Source of the DNA: Nemertoderma westbladi
Taxonomy: Eukaryota > Animalia > Xenacoelomorpha
Direction: 5' to 3'
NCBI GenBank assembly: GCA_032718475.1
Contig: JAUCBJ010007015.1
Span: 1 to 64,000 of the forward strand
Length of the DNA: 64,000 nucleotides
In this document: positions 24,101-42,100 of the stretch, in pieces
How positions within the stretch are numbered: position 1 is the first letter of the stretch
Layout: every line of letters begins with the position of its first letter
Made by a program: the position numbers and the translations under genes
Notes under the pieces: generated by a model
Database searches by the model: none
Told to the model about the DNA's origin: nothing
The model's input: only the letters and a program-made list of their open reading frames with translations

Positions 24101-27100
24101 TACTTGATGTACTCACTTGCGGTACTTACATGGTACACCAATACTTGATGTACTCACTTGCGGTACTTACATGGTACACCAATACTTGCGGTACTTACAT
24201 GATACACCAATACTTGAGGTACTCACTTGCGGTACTTACATGGTACACCAATACTTGAGGTACTTACATGGTACACCAATATTTGCGGTACTTACATGGT
24301 ACACCAATACTTGCGGTACTTACATGATACACCAATACTTGCGGTACTTACATGATACACCAATACTTGCGGTACTTACATGGTACACCAATACTTGCGG
24401 TACTTACATGGTACACCAATACTTGCGGTACTTACATGATACACCAATACTTGCGGTACTTACATGGTACACCAATACTTGCGGTACTTACATGGTACAC
24501 CAATACTTGCGGTACTTACATGATACACCAATACTTGCGGTACTTACATGATACACCAATACTTGCGGTACTTACATGATACACCAATACTTGCGGTACT
24601 TACATGGTACACCAATACTTGCGGTACTTACATGGTACACCAATACTTGCGGTACTTACATGGTACACCAATACTTGCGGTACTTACATGATACACCAAT
24701 ACTTGCGGTACTTACATGATACACCAATACTTGCGGTACTTACATGATACACCAATACTTGATGTACTCACTTGCGGTACTTACATGGTACACCAATACT
24801 TGCGGTACTTACATGATACACCAATACTTGCGGTACTTACATGATACACCAATACTTGATGTACTCACTTGCGGTACTTACATGGTACACCAATACTTGC
24901 GGTACTTACATGATACACCAATACTTGCGGTACTTACATGATAAACCAATACTTGAGGTACTTACATGGTACACCAATACTTGCGGTACTTACATGATAC
25001 ACCAATACTTGCGGTACTTACATGATACACCAATACTTGCGGTACTTACATGATACACCAATACTTGCGGTACTTACATGATACACCAATACTTGCGGTA
25101 CTTACATGGTACACCAATACTTGATGTACTCACTTGCGGTACTTACATGGTACACCAATACTTGCGGTACTTACATGATACACCAATACTTGCGGTACTT
25201 ACATGATACACCAATACTTGCGGTACTTACATGATACACCAATACTTGCGGTACTTACATGGTACACCAATACTTGATGTACTCACTTGCGGTACTTACA
25301 TGGTACACCAATACTTGCGGTACTTACATGATACACCAATAGTTGCGGTACTTACATGGTACACCAATACTTGCGGTACTTACATGGTACACCAATAATT
25401 GATGTACTCACTTGCGGTACTTACATGATACACCAATACTTGCGGTACTTACATGATACACCAATACTTGCGGTACTTACATGATACACCAATACTTGCG
25501 GTACTTACATGGTACACCAATACTTGCGGTACTTACATGATACACCAATACTTGCGGTACTTACATGATACACCAATACTTGATGTACTCACTTGCGGTA
25601 CTTACATGGTACACCAATACTTGCGGTACTTACATGATACACCAATACTTGCGGTACTTACATGATAAACCAATACTTGAGGTACTTACATGGTACACCA
25701 ATACTTGCGGTACTTACATGATACACCAATACTTGCGGTACTTACATGATACACCAATACTTGCGGTACTTACATTATACACCAATACTTGCGGTACTTA
25801 CATGATACACCAATACTTGCGGTACTTACATGGTACACCAATACTTGATGTACTCACTTGCGGTACTTACATGGTACACCAATACTTGCGGTACTTACAT
25901 GATACACCAATACTTGCGGTACTTACATGATACACCAATACTTGCTGTACTTACATGATACACCAATACTTGCGGTACTTACATGGTACACCAATACTTG
26001 ATGTACTCACTTGCGGTACTTACATGGTACACCAATACTTGCGGTACTTACATGATACACCAATAGTTGCGGTACTTACATGGTACACCAATACTTGCGG
26101 TACTTACATGGTACACCAATAATTGATGTACTCACTTGCGGTACTTAAATGATACACCAATACTTGCGGTACTTACATGATACACCAATACTTGCGGTAC
26201 TTACATGGTACACCAATACTTGATGTACTCACTTGCGGTACTTACATGGTACACCAATACTTGCGGTACTTACATGATACACCAATACTTGCGGTACTTA
26301 CATGGTACACCAATACTTGCCGTACATACATGATACACCAATACTTGCGGTACTTACATGGTACACCAATACTTGATGTACTCACTTGCGGTACTTACAT
26401 GGTACACCAATACTTGCGGTACTTACATGATACACCAATACTTGCGGTACTTACATGGTACACCAATACTTGCGGTACTTACATGATACACCAATAGTTG
26501 CGGTACTTACATGGTACACCAATACTTGCGGTACTTACATGGTACACCAATACTTGATGTACTCACTTGCGGTACTTACATGATACACCAATACTTGCGG
26601 TACTTACATGATACACCAATACTTGCGGTACTTACATGGTACACCAATACTTGATGTACTCACTTGCGGTACTTACATGATACACCAATACTTGCGGTAC
26701 TTACATGATACATCAATACTTGCGGTACTTACATGGTACACCAATACTTGATGTACTCACTTGCGGTACTTACATGGTACACCAATACTTGAGGTACTTA
26801 CATGGAACACCAATACTTGCGGTACTTACATGGTACACCAATACTTGCGGTACTTACATGGTACACCAATACTTGATGTACTCACTTGCGGTACTTACAT
26901 AGTACACCAATACTTGCGGTACTTACATGGTACACCAATAGTTGCGGTACTTACATGGTACACCAATACTTGCGGTACTTACATGGTACACCAATACTTG
27001 ATGTACTCACTTGCGGTACTTACATGGTACACCAATACTTGATGTACTCACTTGCGGTACTTACATGGTACACCAATACTTGATGTACTCACTTGCGGTA

Positions 27101-30100
27101 CTTACATGGTACACCAATACTTGCGGTACTTACATGATACACCAATACTTGAGGTACTCACTTGCGGTACTTACATGGTACACCAATACTTGAGGTACTT
27201 ACATGGTACACCAATATTTGCGGTACTTACATGGTACACCAATACTTGCGGTACTTACATGATACACCAATACTTGCGGTACTTACATGATACACCAATA
27301 CTTGCGGTACTTACATGGTACACCAATACTTGCGGTACTTACATGGTACACCAATACTTGCGGTACTTACATGATACACCAATACTTGCGGTACTTACAT
27401 GGTACACCAATACTTGCGGTACTTACATGGTACACCAATACTTGCGGTACTTACATGATACACCAATACTTGCGGTACTTACATGATACACCAATACTTG
27501 CGGTACTTACATGATACACCAATACTTGCGGTACTTACATGGTACACCAATACTTGCGGTACTTACATGGTACACCAATACTTGCGGTACTTACATGGTA
27601 CACCAATACTTGCGGTACTTACATGATACACCAATACTTGCGGTACTTACATGGTACACCAATACTTGCGGTACTTACATGGTACACCAATACTTGTGGT
27701 ACTTACATGATACACCAATACTTGCGGTACTTACATGATACACCAATACTTGCGGTTCTTACATGATACACCAATACTTGCGGTACTTACATGGTACACC
27801 AATACTTGCGGTACTTACATGATACACCAATACTTGAGGTACTTACATGGTACACCAATACTTGCAGTACTTACATGGTACACCAATACTTGCAGTACTT
27901 ACATGGTACACCAATACTTGCAGTACCTACATGGTACACCAATACTTGCGGTACTTACATGGTACACCAATACTTGCAGTACTTACATGATACATCAATA
28001 CTTGCGGCACATACATGATACACCAATACTTGAGGTACTTACATGATACACCAATACGTGAGGTACTTACATGATACACCAATACTTGAGGTACTTACAT
28101 GGTACACCAATACTTGCGGTACTTACATGATACACCAATACTTGCGGTACTTACATGATACACCAATACTTGCAGTACTTACATGGTACACCAATACTTG
28201 CAGTACTTACATGGTACACCAATACTTGCCGTACATACATGATACACCAATACTTGAGGTACTTACATGGTACACCAATACTTGCAGTACTTACATGATA
28301 CATCAATACTTGCGGTACATACATGATACACCAATACTTGAGGTACTTACATGATACACCAATACGTGAGGTACATACATGATATACCAATACTTGAGGT
28401 ACTTACATGATACACCAATACTTGCGGTACTTACATGATACACCAATACTTGCGGTTCTTACATGGTACACCAATACTTGCGGTACTTACATGGTACACC
28501 AATACTTGATGTACTCACTTGCGGTACTTACATGGTACACCAATACTTGATGTACTCACTTGCGGTACTTACATGGTACACCAATACTTGCGGTACTTAC
28601 ATGATACACCAATACTTGAGGTACTCACTTGCGGTACTTACATGGTACACCAATACTTGAGGTACTTACATGGTACACCAATACTTGCGGTACTTACATG
28701 GTACACCAATACTTGTGGTACTTACATGGTACACCAATACTTGCAGTACCCACATGGTACACCAATACTTGCGGTACTTACATGATACACCAATACTTGC
28801 AGTACCTACATGGTACACCAATACTTGCGGTACTTACATGATACACAATACTTGAGGTACTTACATGGTACACCAATACTTGAGGTACTTACATGGTACA
28901 CCAATACTTGCAGTACTTACATGATACATCAATACTTGCGGTACATACATGATACACCAATACTTGCGGTACATACATGATACACCAATACTTGAGGTAC
29001 TTACATGATACACCAATACTTGCAGTACTTACATGATACATCAATACTTGCGGTACATACATGATACACCAATACTTGCGGTTCTTACATGATACACCAA
29101 TACTTGAGGTACTTACATGATACACCAATACTTGAGGTACTTACATGGTACACCAATACTTGCAGTACTTACATGATACACCAATACTTGCGGTACTTAC
29201 ATGATACACCAATACTTGCGGTACTTACATGATACATCAATACTTGCGGTACTTACATGATACACCAATACTTGAGGTACTTACATGATACACCAATACT
29301 TGCGGTACTTACATGGTACACCAATACTTGAGGTACTTACATGATACACCAATACTTGCAGTACCTACATGATACATCAATACTTGCGGTACTTACATGA
29401 TACATCAATACTTGCGGTACTTACATGATACACCAATACTTGCGGTACTTACATGGTACACCAATACTTGAGGTACTTACATGATACACCAATACTTGCA
29501 GTACCTACATGGTACACCAATACTTGCGGTACTTACATGATACACCAATACTTGCGGTACTTACATGATACACCAATACTTGCAGTACCTACATGGTACA
29601 CCAATACTTGCGGTACTTACATGATACACCAATACTTGCAGTACCTACATGGTACACCAATACTTGCGGTACTTACATGATACACCAATACTTGCAGTAC
29701 CTACATGGTACACCAATACTTGCGGTACTTACATGATACACCAATACTTGTGGTACTTACATGATACACCAATACTTGCAGTACCCACATGGTACACCAA
29801 TACTTGCGGTACTTACATGATACACCAATACTTGCAGTACCTACATGGTACACCAATACTTGCGGTACTTACATGATACACAATACTTGCGGTACTTTCA
29901 TGATACACCAATACTTGCGGTACTTACATGATACACCAATACTTGCAGTAGTACCTACATGATACACCACTACTTGAGGTACTCACTTGCGGTACTTACA
30001 TGATACACAATATTTGCGGTACTTACATGATACACCAATACTTGCGGTACTTACATGATACACCAATACTTGCGGTACTTACATGATACACCAATAGTTG

Positions 30101-33100
30101 CGGTACTTACATGATACACCAATACTTGCGGTACTTACATGATACACCAATACTTGCAGTACCTACATGGTACACCAATACTTGCGGTACTTACATGATA
30201 CACCAATACTTGCAGTACTTACATGGTACACCAATACTTGAGGTACTTACATGATACACCAATACTTGCAGTACTTACATGGTACACCAATACTTGGGGT
30301 ACTTACATGGTACACCAATAATTGCGGTACTTACATGATACACCAATACTTGCGGTACTTACATGATACACCAATACTTGCGGTACTTACATGATACACC
30401 AATACTTGCAGTACCTACATGGTACACCAATACTTGCGGTTCTTACATGATACACCAATACTTGCAGTACTTACATGGTACACCAATACTTGAGGTACTT
30501 ACATGATACACCAATACTTGCAGTACTTACATGGTACACCAATACTTGCGGTACTTACATGGTACACCAATACTTGCAGTACTTACATGGTACACCAATA
30601 CTTGAGGTCCTTACATGATACACCAATACTTGCAGTACTTACATGGTACACCAATACTTGCGGTACTTACATGGTACACCAATACTTGCGGTACTTACAT
30701 GATACACCAATACTTGCGGTACTTACATGGTACACCAATACTTGCGGTACTTACATGATACACCAATACTTGAGGTACTTACATGATACACCAATACTTG
30801 CGGTACTTACATGGTACACCAATACTTGCGGTACTTACATGATACACCAATACGTGAGGTACTCACTTGCGGTACTTACATGATACACAATACTTGCGGT
30901 ACTTACATGATACACCAATACTTGCGGTACTTACATGATACACCAATACTTGCGGTACTTACATGATACACCAATACTTGCAGTACTTACATGGTACACA
31001 ATAGTTGCGGTACTTACATGGTACACCAATACTTGCGGTACTTACATGGTACACCAATACTTGAGGTACTTACATGATACACCAATACTTGCAGTACTTA
31101 CATGGTACACAATAGTTGCGGTACTTACATGGTACACCAATACTTGCGGTACTTACATGATACACCAATACTTGCAGTACTTACATGGTACACCACTACT
31201 TGCGGTACTTACATGGTACACCAATACTTGCGGTACTTACATGATACACCAATACTTGCAGTACTTACATGGTACACCAATACTTGCGGTACTTACATGA
31301 TACACCAATACTTGCGGTACTTACATGGTACACCAATACTTGAGGTACTTACATGGTACACCAATACTTGCAGTACTTACATGGTACACCAATACTTGCG
31401 GTACTTACATGGTACACCAATACTTGCGGTACTTACATGATACACCAATACTTGCAGTACCTACATGGTACACCAATACTTGCGGTACTTACATGGTACA
31501 CCAATACTTGCGGTACTTACATGGTACACCAATACTTGCAGTACTTACATGGTACACCAATACTTGCGGTACTTACACGGTACACCAATACTTGCGGTAC
31601 TTACATGGTACACCAATACTTGCGGTACTTACATGGTACACCAATACTTGCGGTACTTACATGGTACACCAATACTTGCAGTACTTACATGATACACCAA
31701 TACTTGCGGTACTTACATGGTACACCAATACTTGCGGTACTTACATGGTACACCAATACTTGCGGTACTTACATGGTACACCAATACTTGCGGTACTTAC
31801 ATGGTACACCAATACTTGCAGTACTTACATGATACATCAATACTTGCGGTACATACATGATACACCAATACTTGAGGTACTTACATGATACACCAATACG
31901 TGAGGTACTTACATGATACACCAATACTTGAGGTACTTACATGGTACACCAATACTTGCAGTACTTACATGGTACACCAATACTTGCGGTACTTACATGG
32001 TACACCAATACTTGCCGTACATACATGATACACCAATACTTGAGGTACTTACATGGTACACCAATACTTGCAGTACTTACATGATACATCAATACTTGCG
32101 GTACATACATGATACACCAATACTTGAGGTACTTACATGATACACCAATACGTGAGGTACATACATGATACACCAATACTTGAGGTACTTACATGCTACA
32201 CCAATACTTGCGGTACTTACATGATACACCAATATTTGCGGTACTTACATGGTACACCAATACTTGCGGTACTTACATGATACACCAATACTTGCGGTAC
32301 TTACATGGTACACCAATACTTGAGGTACTTACATGGTACACCAATACTTGCCGTACATACATGATACACCAATACTTGAGGTACTTACATGATACACCAA
32401 TACTTGAGGTACTTACATGATACACCAATACTTGAGGTACTTACATGGTACACCAATACTTGCAGTACTTACATGATACATCAATACTTGCGGTACATAC
32501 ATGATACACCAATACTTGCGGTACATACATGATACACCAATACTTGAGGTACTTACATGATACACCAATACTTGAGGTACTTACATGGTACACCAATACT
32601 TGCGGTACTTACATGATACACCAATACTTGCGGTACTTACATGGTACACCAATACTTGAGGTACTTACATGATACACCAATACTTGCAGTACCTACATGG
32701 TACACCAATACTTGCGGTACTTACATGATACACCAATACTTGCGGTACTTACATGATACACCAATACTTGCAGTACCTACATGGTACACCAATACTTGCG
32801 GTACTTACATGATACACCAATACTTGCAGTACCTACATGGTACACCAATACTTGCGGTACTTACATGATACACCAATACTTGCAGTACCTACATGGTACA
32901 CCAATACTTGCGGTACTTACATGATACACCAATACTTGCGGTACTTACATGATACACCAATACTTGCAGTACCTACATGGTACACCAATACTTGCGGTAC
33001 TTACATGATACACCAATACTTGCAGTACCTACATGGTACACCAATACTTGCGGTACTTACATGATACATAATACTTGCGGTACTTTCATGATACACCAAT

Positions 33101-36100
33101 ACTTGCGGTACTTACATGATACACCAATACTTGCAGTACCTACATGATACACCACTACTTGAGGTACTCACTTGCGGTACTTACATGATACACAATACTT
33201 GCGGTACTTACATGATACACCAATACTTGCGGTACTTACATGATACACCAATACTTGCGGTACTTACATGATACACAATACTTGCGGTACTTACATGATA
33301 CACCAATACTTGCGGTACTTACATGATACACCAATACTTGCAGTACCTACATGGTACACCAATACTTGCGGTACTTACATGATACACCAATACTTGCAGT
33401 ACCTACATGATACACCAATACTTGAGGTACTCACTTGCGGTACTTACATGATACACAATACTTGCGGTACTTACATGATACACCAATACTTGCGGTACTT
33501 ACATGATACACCAATACCTGCGGTACTTACATGATACACAATACTTGCGGTACTTACATGATACACCAATACTTGCGGTACTTACATGATACACCAATAC
33601 TTGCAGTACCTACATGGTACACCAATACTTGCGGTACTTACATGATACACCAACACTTGCAGTACCTACATGGTACACCAATACTTGCGGTAGTTACATG
33701 ATACACAATACTTGCGGTACATACATGGTACACCAATACTTGAGGTACTCACTTGTGGTACTTACATGATACACAATACTTGCGGTACTTACATGATACA
33801 CCAATACTTGCGGTACTTACATGATACACCAATACTTGCAGTACCTACGTGATACACCAATACTTGAGGTACTCACTTGCGGTACTTACATGGTACACAA
33901 TACTTGCGGTACTTACATGATACACCAATACTTGCGGTACTTACATGATACACCAATACTTGCAGTACCTACATGATACACCAATACTTGAGGTACTCAC
34001 TTGCGGTACTTACATGATACACAATACTTGCGGTACTTACATGATACACCAATACTTGCGGTACTTACATGATACACCAATACTTGCGGTACTTACATGA
34101 TACACCAATACTTGCAGTACCTACATGGTACACCAATACTTGCGGTACTTACATGGTACACCAATACTTGCAGTACCTACATGGTACACCAATACTTGCG
34201 GTACTTACATGATACACCAATACTTGCGGTACTTACATGATACACCAATACTTGCAGTACCTACATGGTACACCAATACTTGCGGTACTTACATGGTACA
34301 CCAATACATGCAGTACCTACATGGTACACCAATACTTGCGGTACTTACATGATACACCAATACTTGCAGTACTTACATGGTACACCAATACTTGAGGTAC
34401 TTACATGATACACCAATACTTGCGGTACTTACATGATACACCAATACTTGCAGTACCTACATGGTACACCAATACTTGCGGTACTTACATGGTACACCAA
34501 TACTTGCAGTACCTACATGGTACACCAATACTTGCGGTACTTACATGATACACCAATACTTGCGGTACTTACATGATACACCAATACTTGCAGTACCTAC
34601 ATGGTACACCAATACTTGCGGTACTTACATGGTACACCAATACTTGCAGTACCTACATGGTACACCAATACTTGCGGTACTTACATGATACACCAATACT
34701 TGCAGTACTTACATGGTACACCAATACTTGAGGTACTTACATGATACACCAATACTTGCAGTACTTACATGGTACACCAATACTTGGGGTACTTACATGG
34801 TACACCAATAATTGCGGTACTTACATGATACACCAATACTTGAGGTACTTACATGATACACCAATACTTGCGGTACTTACATGATACACCAATACTTGCA
34901 GTACCTACATGGTACACCAATACTTGCGGTACTTACATGATACACCAATACTTGCAGTACTTACATGGTACACCAATACTTGAGGTACTTACATGATACA
35001 CCAATACTTGCAGTACTTACATGGTACACCAATACTTGCGGTACTTACATGGTACAACAATACTTGCAGTACTTACATGGTACACCAATACTTGAGGTAC
35101 TTACATGATACACCAATACTTGCAGTACTTACATGGTACACCAATACTTGCGGTACTTACATGGTACACCAATACTTTCGGTACTTACATGATACACCAA
35201 TACTTGCGGTACTCACTTGCGGTACTTACATGATACACCAATACTTGAGGTACTTACATGATACACCAATACTTGCGGTACTTACATGGTACACCAATAC
35301 TTGAGGTACTTACATGATACACCAATACTTGCGGTACTTACATGGTACACCAATACTTGCGGTACTTACATGATACACCAATACTTGAGGTACTCACTTG
35401 CGGTACTTACATGATACACAATACTTGCGGTACTTACATGATACACCAATACTTGCGGTACTTACATGATACACCAATACTTGCGGTACTTACATGATAC
35501 ACCAATACTTGCAGTACTTACATGGTACACAATAGTTGCGGTACTTACATGGTACACCAATACTTGCGGTACTTACATGGTACACCAATACTTGAGGTAC
35601 TTACATGATACACCAATACTTGCAGTACTTACATGGTACACAATAGTTGCGGTACTTACATGGTACACCAATACTTGCGGTACTTACATGATACACCAAT
35701 ACTTGCAGTACTTACATGGTACACCACTACTTGCGGTACTTACATGGTACACCAATACTTGCGGTACTTACATGATACACCAATACTTGCAGTACTTACA
35801 TGGTACACCAATACTTGCGGTACTTACATGATACACCAATACTTGCGGTACTTACATGGTACACCAATACTTGAGGTACTTACATGGTACACCAATACTT
35901 GCAGTACTTACATGGTACACCAATACTTGCGGTACTTACATGGTACACCAATACTTGCGGTACTTACATGATACACCAATACTTGCAGTACCTACATGGT
36001 ACACCAATACTTGCGGTACTTACATGGTACACCAATACTTGCGGTACTTACATGGTACACCAATACTTGCAGTACTTACATGGTACACCAATACTTGCGG

Positions 36101-39100
36101 TACTTACACGGTACACCAATACTTGCGGTACTTACATGGTACACCAATACTTGCGGTACTTACATGGTACACCAATACTTGCGGTACTTACATGATACAC
36201 CAATACTTGCGGTACTTACATGGTACACCAATACTTGCGGTACTTACATGGTACACCAATACTTGCGGTACTTACATGATACACCAATACTTGCGGTACT
36301 TACATGGTACACCAATACTTGAGGTACTTACATGATACACCAATACTTGCAGTACTTACATGGTACACAATAGTTGCGGTACTTACATGGTACACCAATA
36401 CTTGCGGTACTTACATGGTACACCAATACTTGCGGTACTTACATGATACACCAATACTTGCGGTACTTACATGATACACCAATACTTGAGGTACTTACAT
36501 GATACACCAATACTTGCGGTACTTACATGATACACCAATACTTGCGGTACTTACATGATACACAATAGTTGCGGTGCTTACATGATACACAATACTTGCG
36601 GTACTTACATGATAGACGAATACTTGCGGTACTTACATGGTACACCAATACTTGCGGTACTTACATGATACACCAATACTTGCGGTACTTACATGATACA
36701 CCAATACTTGAGGTACTTACATGATACACCAATACTTGCGGTACTTACATGATACACCAATACTTGAGGTACTTACATGATACACCAATACTTGCGGTAC
36801 TTACATGATACACCAATACTTGCGGTACTTACATGATACACCAATACTTGCGGTACTTACATGATACACCAATACTTGCGGTACTTACATGATACACAAT
36901 AGTTGTGGTGCTTACATGATACACAATACTTGCGGTACTTACATGATACACCAATACTTGCGGTACTTACATGATATACCAATACTTGAGGTACTTACAT
37001 GGTACACCAATACTTGAGGTACTTACATGATACACCAATACTTGCAGTACTTACATGGTACACAATAGTTGCGGTACTTACATGGTACACCAATACTTGC
37101 GGTACTTACATGATACACCAATACTTGAGGTACTTACATGATACACCAATACTTGCGGTACTTACATGATACACCAATACTTGCGGTACTTACATGATAC
37201 ACCAATACTTGCGGTACTTACATGATACACCAATACTTGCGGTACTTACATGATACACAATAGTTGTGGTGCTTACATGATACACAATACTTGCGGTACT
37301 TACATGATACACCAATACTTGCGGTACTTACATGATACACCAATACTTGAGGTACTTACATGGTACACCAATACTTGAGGTACTTACATGATACACCAAT
37401 ACTTGCAGTACTTACATGGTACACAATAGTTGCGGTACTTACATGGTACACCAATACTTGCGGTACTTACCTGATACACAATACTTGCGGTACTTACATG
37501 GTACAACAATACTTGCAGTACTTACATGGTACACCAATACTTGAGGTACTTACATGATACACCAATACTTGCAGTACTTACATGGTACACCGATACTTGC
37601 GGTACTTACATGGTACACCAATACTTGCGGTACTTACATGATACACCAATACTTGCGGTACTCACTTGCGGTACTTACATGATACACCAATACTTGAGGT
37701 ACTTACATGATACACCAATACTTGCGGTACTTACATGATACACCAATACTTGCGGTACTTACATGGTACACCAATACTTGCGGTACTTACATGATACACC
37801 AATACTTGAGGTACTCACTTGCGGTACTTACATGATACACAATACTTGCGGTACTTACATGATACACCAATACTTGCGGTACTTACATGATACACCAATA
37901 CTTGCGGTACTTACATGATACACCAATACTTGCAGTACTTACATGGTACACAATAGTTGCGGTACTTACATGGTACACCAATACTTGCGGTACTTACATG
38001 GTACACCAATACTTGAGGTACTTACATGATACACCAATACTTGCAGTACTTACATGGTACACAATAGTTGCGGTACTTACATGGTACACCAATACTTGCG
38101 GTACTTACATGATACACCAATACTTGCAGTACTTACATGGTACACCACTACTTGCGGTACTTACATGGTACACCAATACTTGCGGTACTTACATGATACA
38201 CCAATACTTGCAGTACTTACATGGTACACCAATACTTGCGGTACTTACATGATACACCAATACTTGCGGTACTTACATGGTACACCAATACTTGAGGTAC
38301 TTACATGGTACACCAATACTTGCAGTACTTACATGGTACACCAATACTTGCGGTACTTACATGGTACACCAATACTTGCGGTACTTACATGATACACCAA
38401 TACTTGCAGTACCTACATGGTACACCAATACTTGCGTTACTTACATGGTACACCAATACTTGCGGTACTTACATGGTACACCAATACTTGCAGTACTTAC
38501 ATGGTACACCAATACTTGCGGTACTTACACGGTACACCAATACTTGCGGTACTTACATGGTACACCAATACTTGCGGTACTTACATGGTACACCAATACT
38601 TGCGGTACTTACATGATACACCAATACTTGCGGTACTTACATGGTACACCAATACTTGCGGTACTTACATGGTACACCAATACTTGCGGTACTTACATGA
38701 TACACCAATACTTGCGGTACTTACATGGTACACCAATACTTGAGGTACTTACATGATACACCAATACTTGCAGTACTTACATGGTACACAATAGTTGCGG
38801 TACTTACATGGTACACCAATACTTGCGGTACTTACATGGTACACCAATACTTGCGGTACTTACATGATACACCAATACTTGCGGTACTTACATATGATAC
38901 ACCAATACTTGAGGTACTTACATGATACACCAATACTTGCGGTACTTACATGATACACCAATACTTGCGGTACTTACATGATACACAATAGTTGCGGTGC
39001 TTACATGATACACAATACTTGCGGTACTTACATGATAGACGAATACTTGCGGTACTTACATGGTACACCAATACTTGCGGTACTTACATGATACACCAAT

Positions 39101-42100
39101 ACTTGCGGTACTTACATGATACACCAATACTTGAGGTACTTACATGATACACCAATACTTGCGGTACTTACATGATGCACCAATACTTGAGGTACTTACA
39201 TGATACACCAATACTTGCGGTACTTACATGATACACCAATACTTGCGGTACTTACATGATACACCAATACTTGCGGTACTTACATGATACACCAATACTT
39301 GCGGTACTTACATGATACACAATAGTTGTGGTGCTTACATGATACACAATACTTGCGGTACTTACATGATACACCAATACTTGCGGTACTTACATGATAC
39401 ACCAATACTTGAGGTACTTACATGGTACACCAATACTTGAGGTACTTACATGATACACCAATACTTGCAGTACTTACATGGTACACAATAGTTGCGGTAC
39501 TTACATGGTACACCAATACTTGCGGTACTTACATGATACACCAATACTTGAGGTACTTAAATGATACACCAATACTTGCGGTACTTACATGATACACCAA
39601 TACTTGCGGTACTTACATGATACACCAATACTTGCGGTACTTACATGATACACCAATACTTGCGGTACTTACATGATACACAATAGTTGTGGTGCTTACA
39701 TGATACACAATACTTGCGGTACTTACATGATACACCAATACTTGCGGTACTTACATGATACACCAATACTTGAGGTACTTACATGGTACACCAATACTTG
39801 CGGTACTTACATGATACACCAATACTTGCGGTACTCACTTGCGGTACTTACATGATACACCAATACTTGAGGTACTTACATGATACACCAATACTTGCGG
39901 TACTTACATGATACACCAATACTTGCGGTACTTACATGGTACACCAATACTTGCGGTACTTACATGATACACCAATACTTGAGGTACTCACTTGCGGTAC
40001 TTACATGATACACAATACTTGCGGTACTTACATGATACACCAATACTTGCGGTACTTACATGATACACCAATACTTGCGGTACTTACATGATACACCAAT
40101 ACTTGCAGTACTTACATGGTACACAATAGTTGCGGTACTTACATGGTACACCAATACTTGCGGTACTTACATGGTACACCAATACTTGAGGTACTTACAT
40201 GATACACCAATACTTGCAGTACTTACATGGTACACAATAGTTGCGGTACTTACATGGTACACCAATACTTGCGGTACTTACATGATACACCAATACTTGC
40301 AGTACTTACATGGTACACCACTACTTGCGGTACTTACATGGTACACCAATACTTGCGGTACTTACATGATACACCAATACTTGCAGTACTTACATGGTAC
40401 ACCAATACTTGCGGTACTTACATGATACACCAATACTTGCGGTACTTACATGGTACACCAATACTTGAGGTACTTACATGGTACACCAATACTTGCAGTA
40501 CTTACATGGTACACCAATACTTGCGGTACTTACATGGTACACCAATACTTGCGGTACTTACATGATACACCAATACTTGCAGTACCTACATGGTACACCA
40601 ATACTTGCGGTACTTACATGGTACACCAATACTTGCGGTACTTACATGGTACACCAATACTTGCAGTACTTACATGGTACACCAATACTTGCGGTACTTA
40701 CACGGTACACCAATACTTGCGGTACTTACATAGTACACCAATACTTGCGGTACTTACATGGTACACCAATACTTGCGGTACTTACATGATACACCAATAC
40801 TTGCGGTACTTACATGGTACACCAATACTTGCGGTACTTACATGGTACACCAATACTTGCGGTACTTACATGATACACCAATACTTGCGGTACTTACATG
40901 GTACACCAATACTTGAGGTACTTACATGATACACCAATACTTGCAGTACTTACATGGTACACAATAGTTGCGGTACTTACATGGTACACCAATACTTGCG
41001 GTACTTACATGGTACACCAATACTTGCGGTACTTACATGATACACCAATACTTGCGGTACTTACATGATACACCAATACTTGAGGTACTTACATGATACA
41101 CCAATACTTGCGGTACTTACATGATACACCAATACTTGCGGTACTTACATGATACACAATAGTTGCGGTGCTTACATGACACACAATACTTGCGGTACTT
41201 ACATGATAGACGAATACTTGCGGTACTTACATGGTACACCAATACTTGCGGTACTTACATGATACACCAATACTTGCGGTACTTACATGATACACCAATA
41301 CTTGAGGTACTTACATGATACACCAATACTTGCGGTACTTACATGATACACCAATACTTGAGGTACTTACATGATACACCAATACTTGCGGTACTTACAT
41401 GATACACCAATACTTGCGGTACTTACATGATACACCAATACTTGCGGTACTTACATGATACACCAATACTTGCGGTACTTACATGATACACAATAGTTGT
41501 GGTGCTTACATGATACACAATACTTGCGGTACTTACATGATACACCAATACTTGCGGTACTTACATGATACACCAATACTTGAGGTACTTACATGGTACA
41601 CCAATACTTGAGGTACTTACATGATACACCAATACTTGCAGTACTTACATGGTACACAATAGTTGCGGTACTTACATGGTACACCAATACTTGCGGTACT
41701 TACATGATACACCAATACTTGAGGTACTTACATGATACACCAATACTTGCGGTACTTACATGATACACCAATACTTGCGGTACTTACATGATACACCAAT
41801 ACTTGCGGTACTTACATGATACACCAATACTTGCGGTACTTACATGATACACAATAGTTGTGGTGCTTACATGATACACAATACTTGCGGTACTTACATG
41901 ATACACCAATACTTGCGGTACTTACATGATACACCAATACTTGAGGTACTTACATGGTACACCAATACTTGAGGTACTTACATGATACACCAATACTTGC
42001 AGTACTTACATGGTACACAATAGTTGCGGTACTTACATGGTACACCAATACTTGCGGTACTTACCTGATACACAATACTTGCGGTACTTACATGATACAC

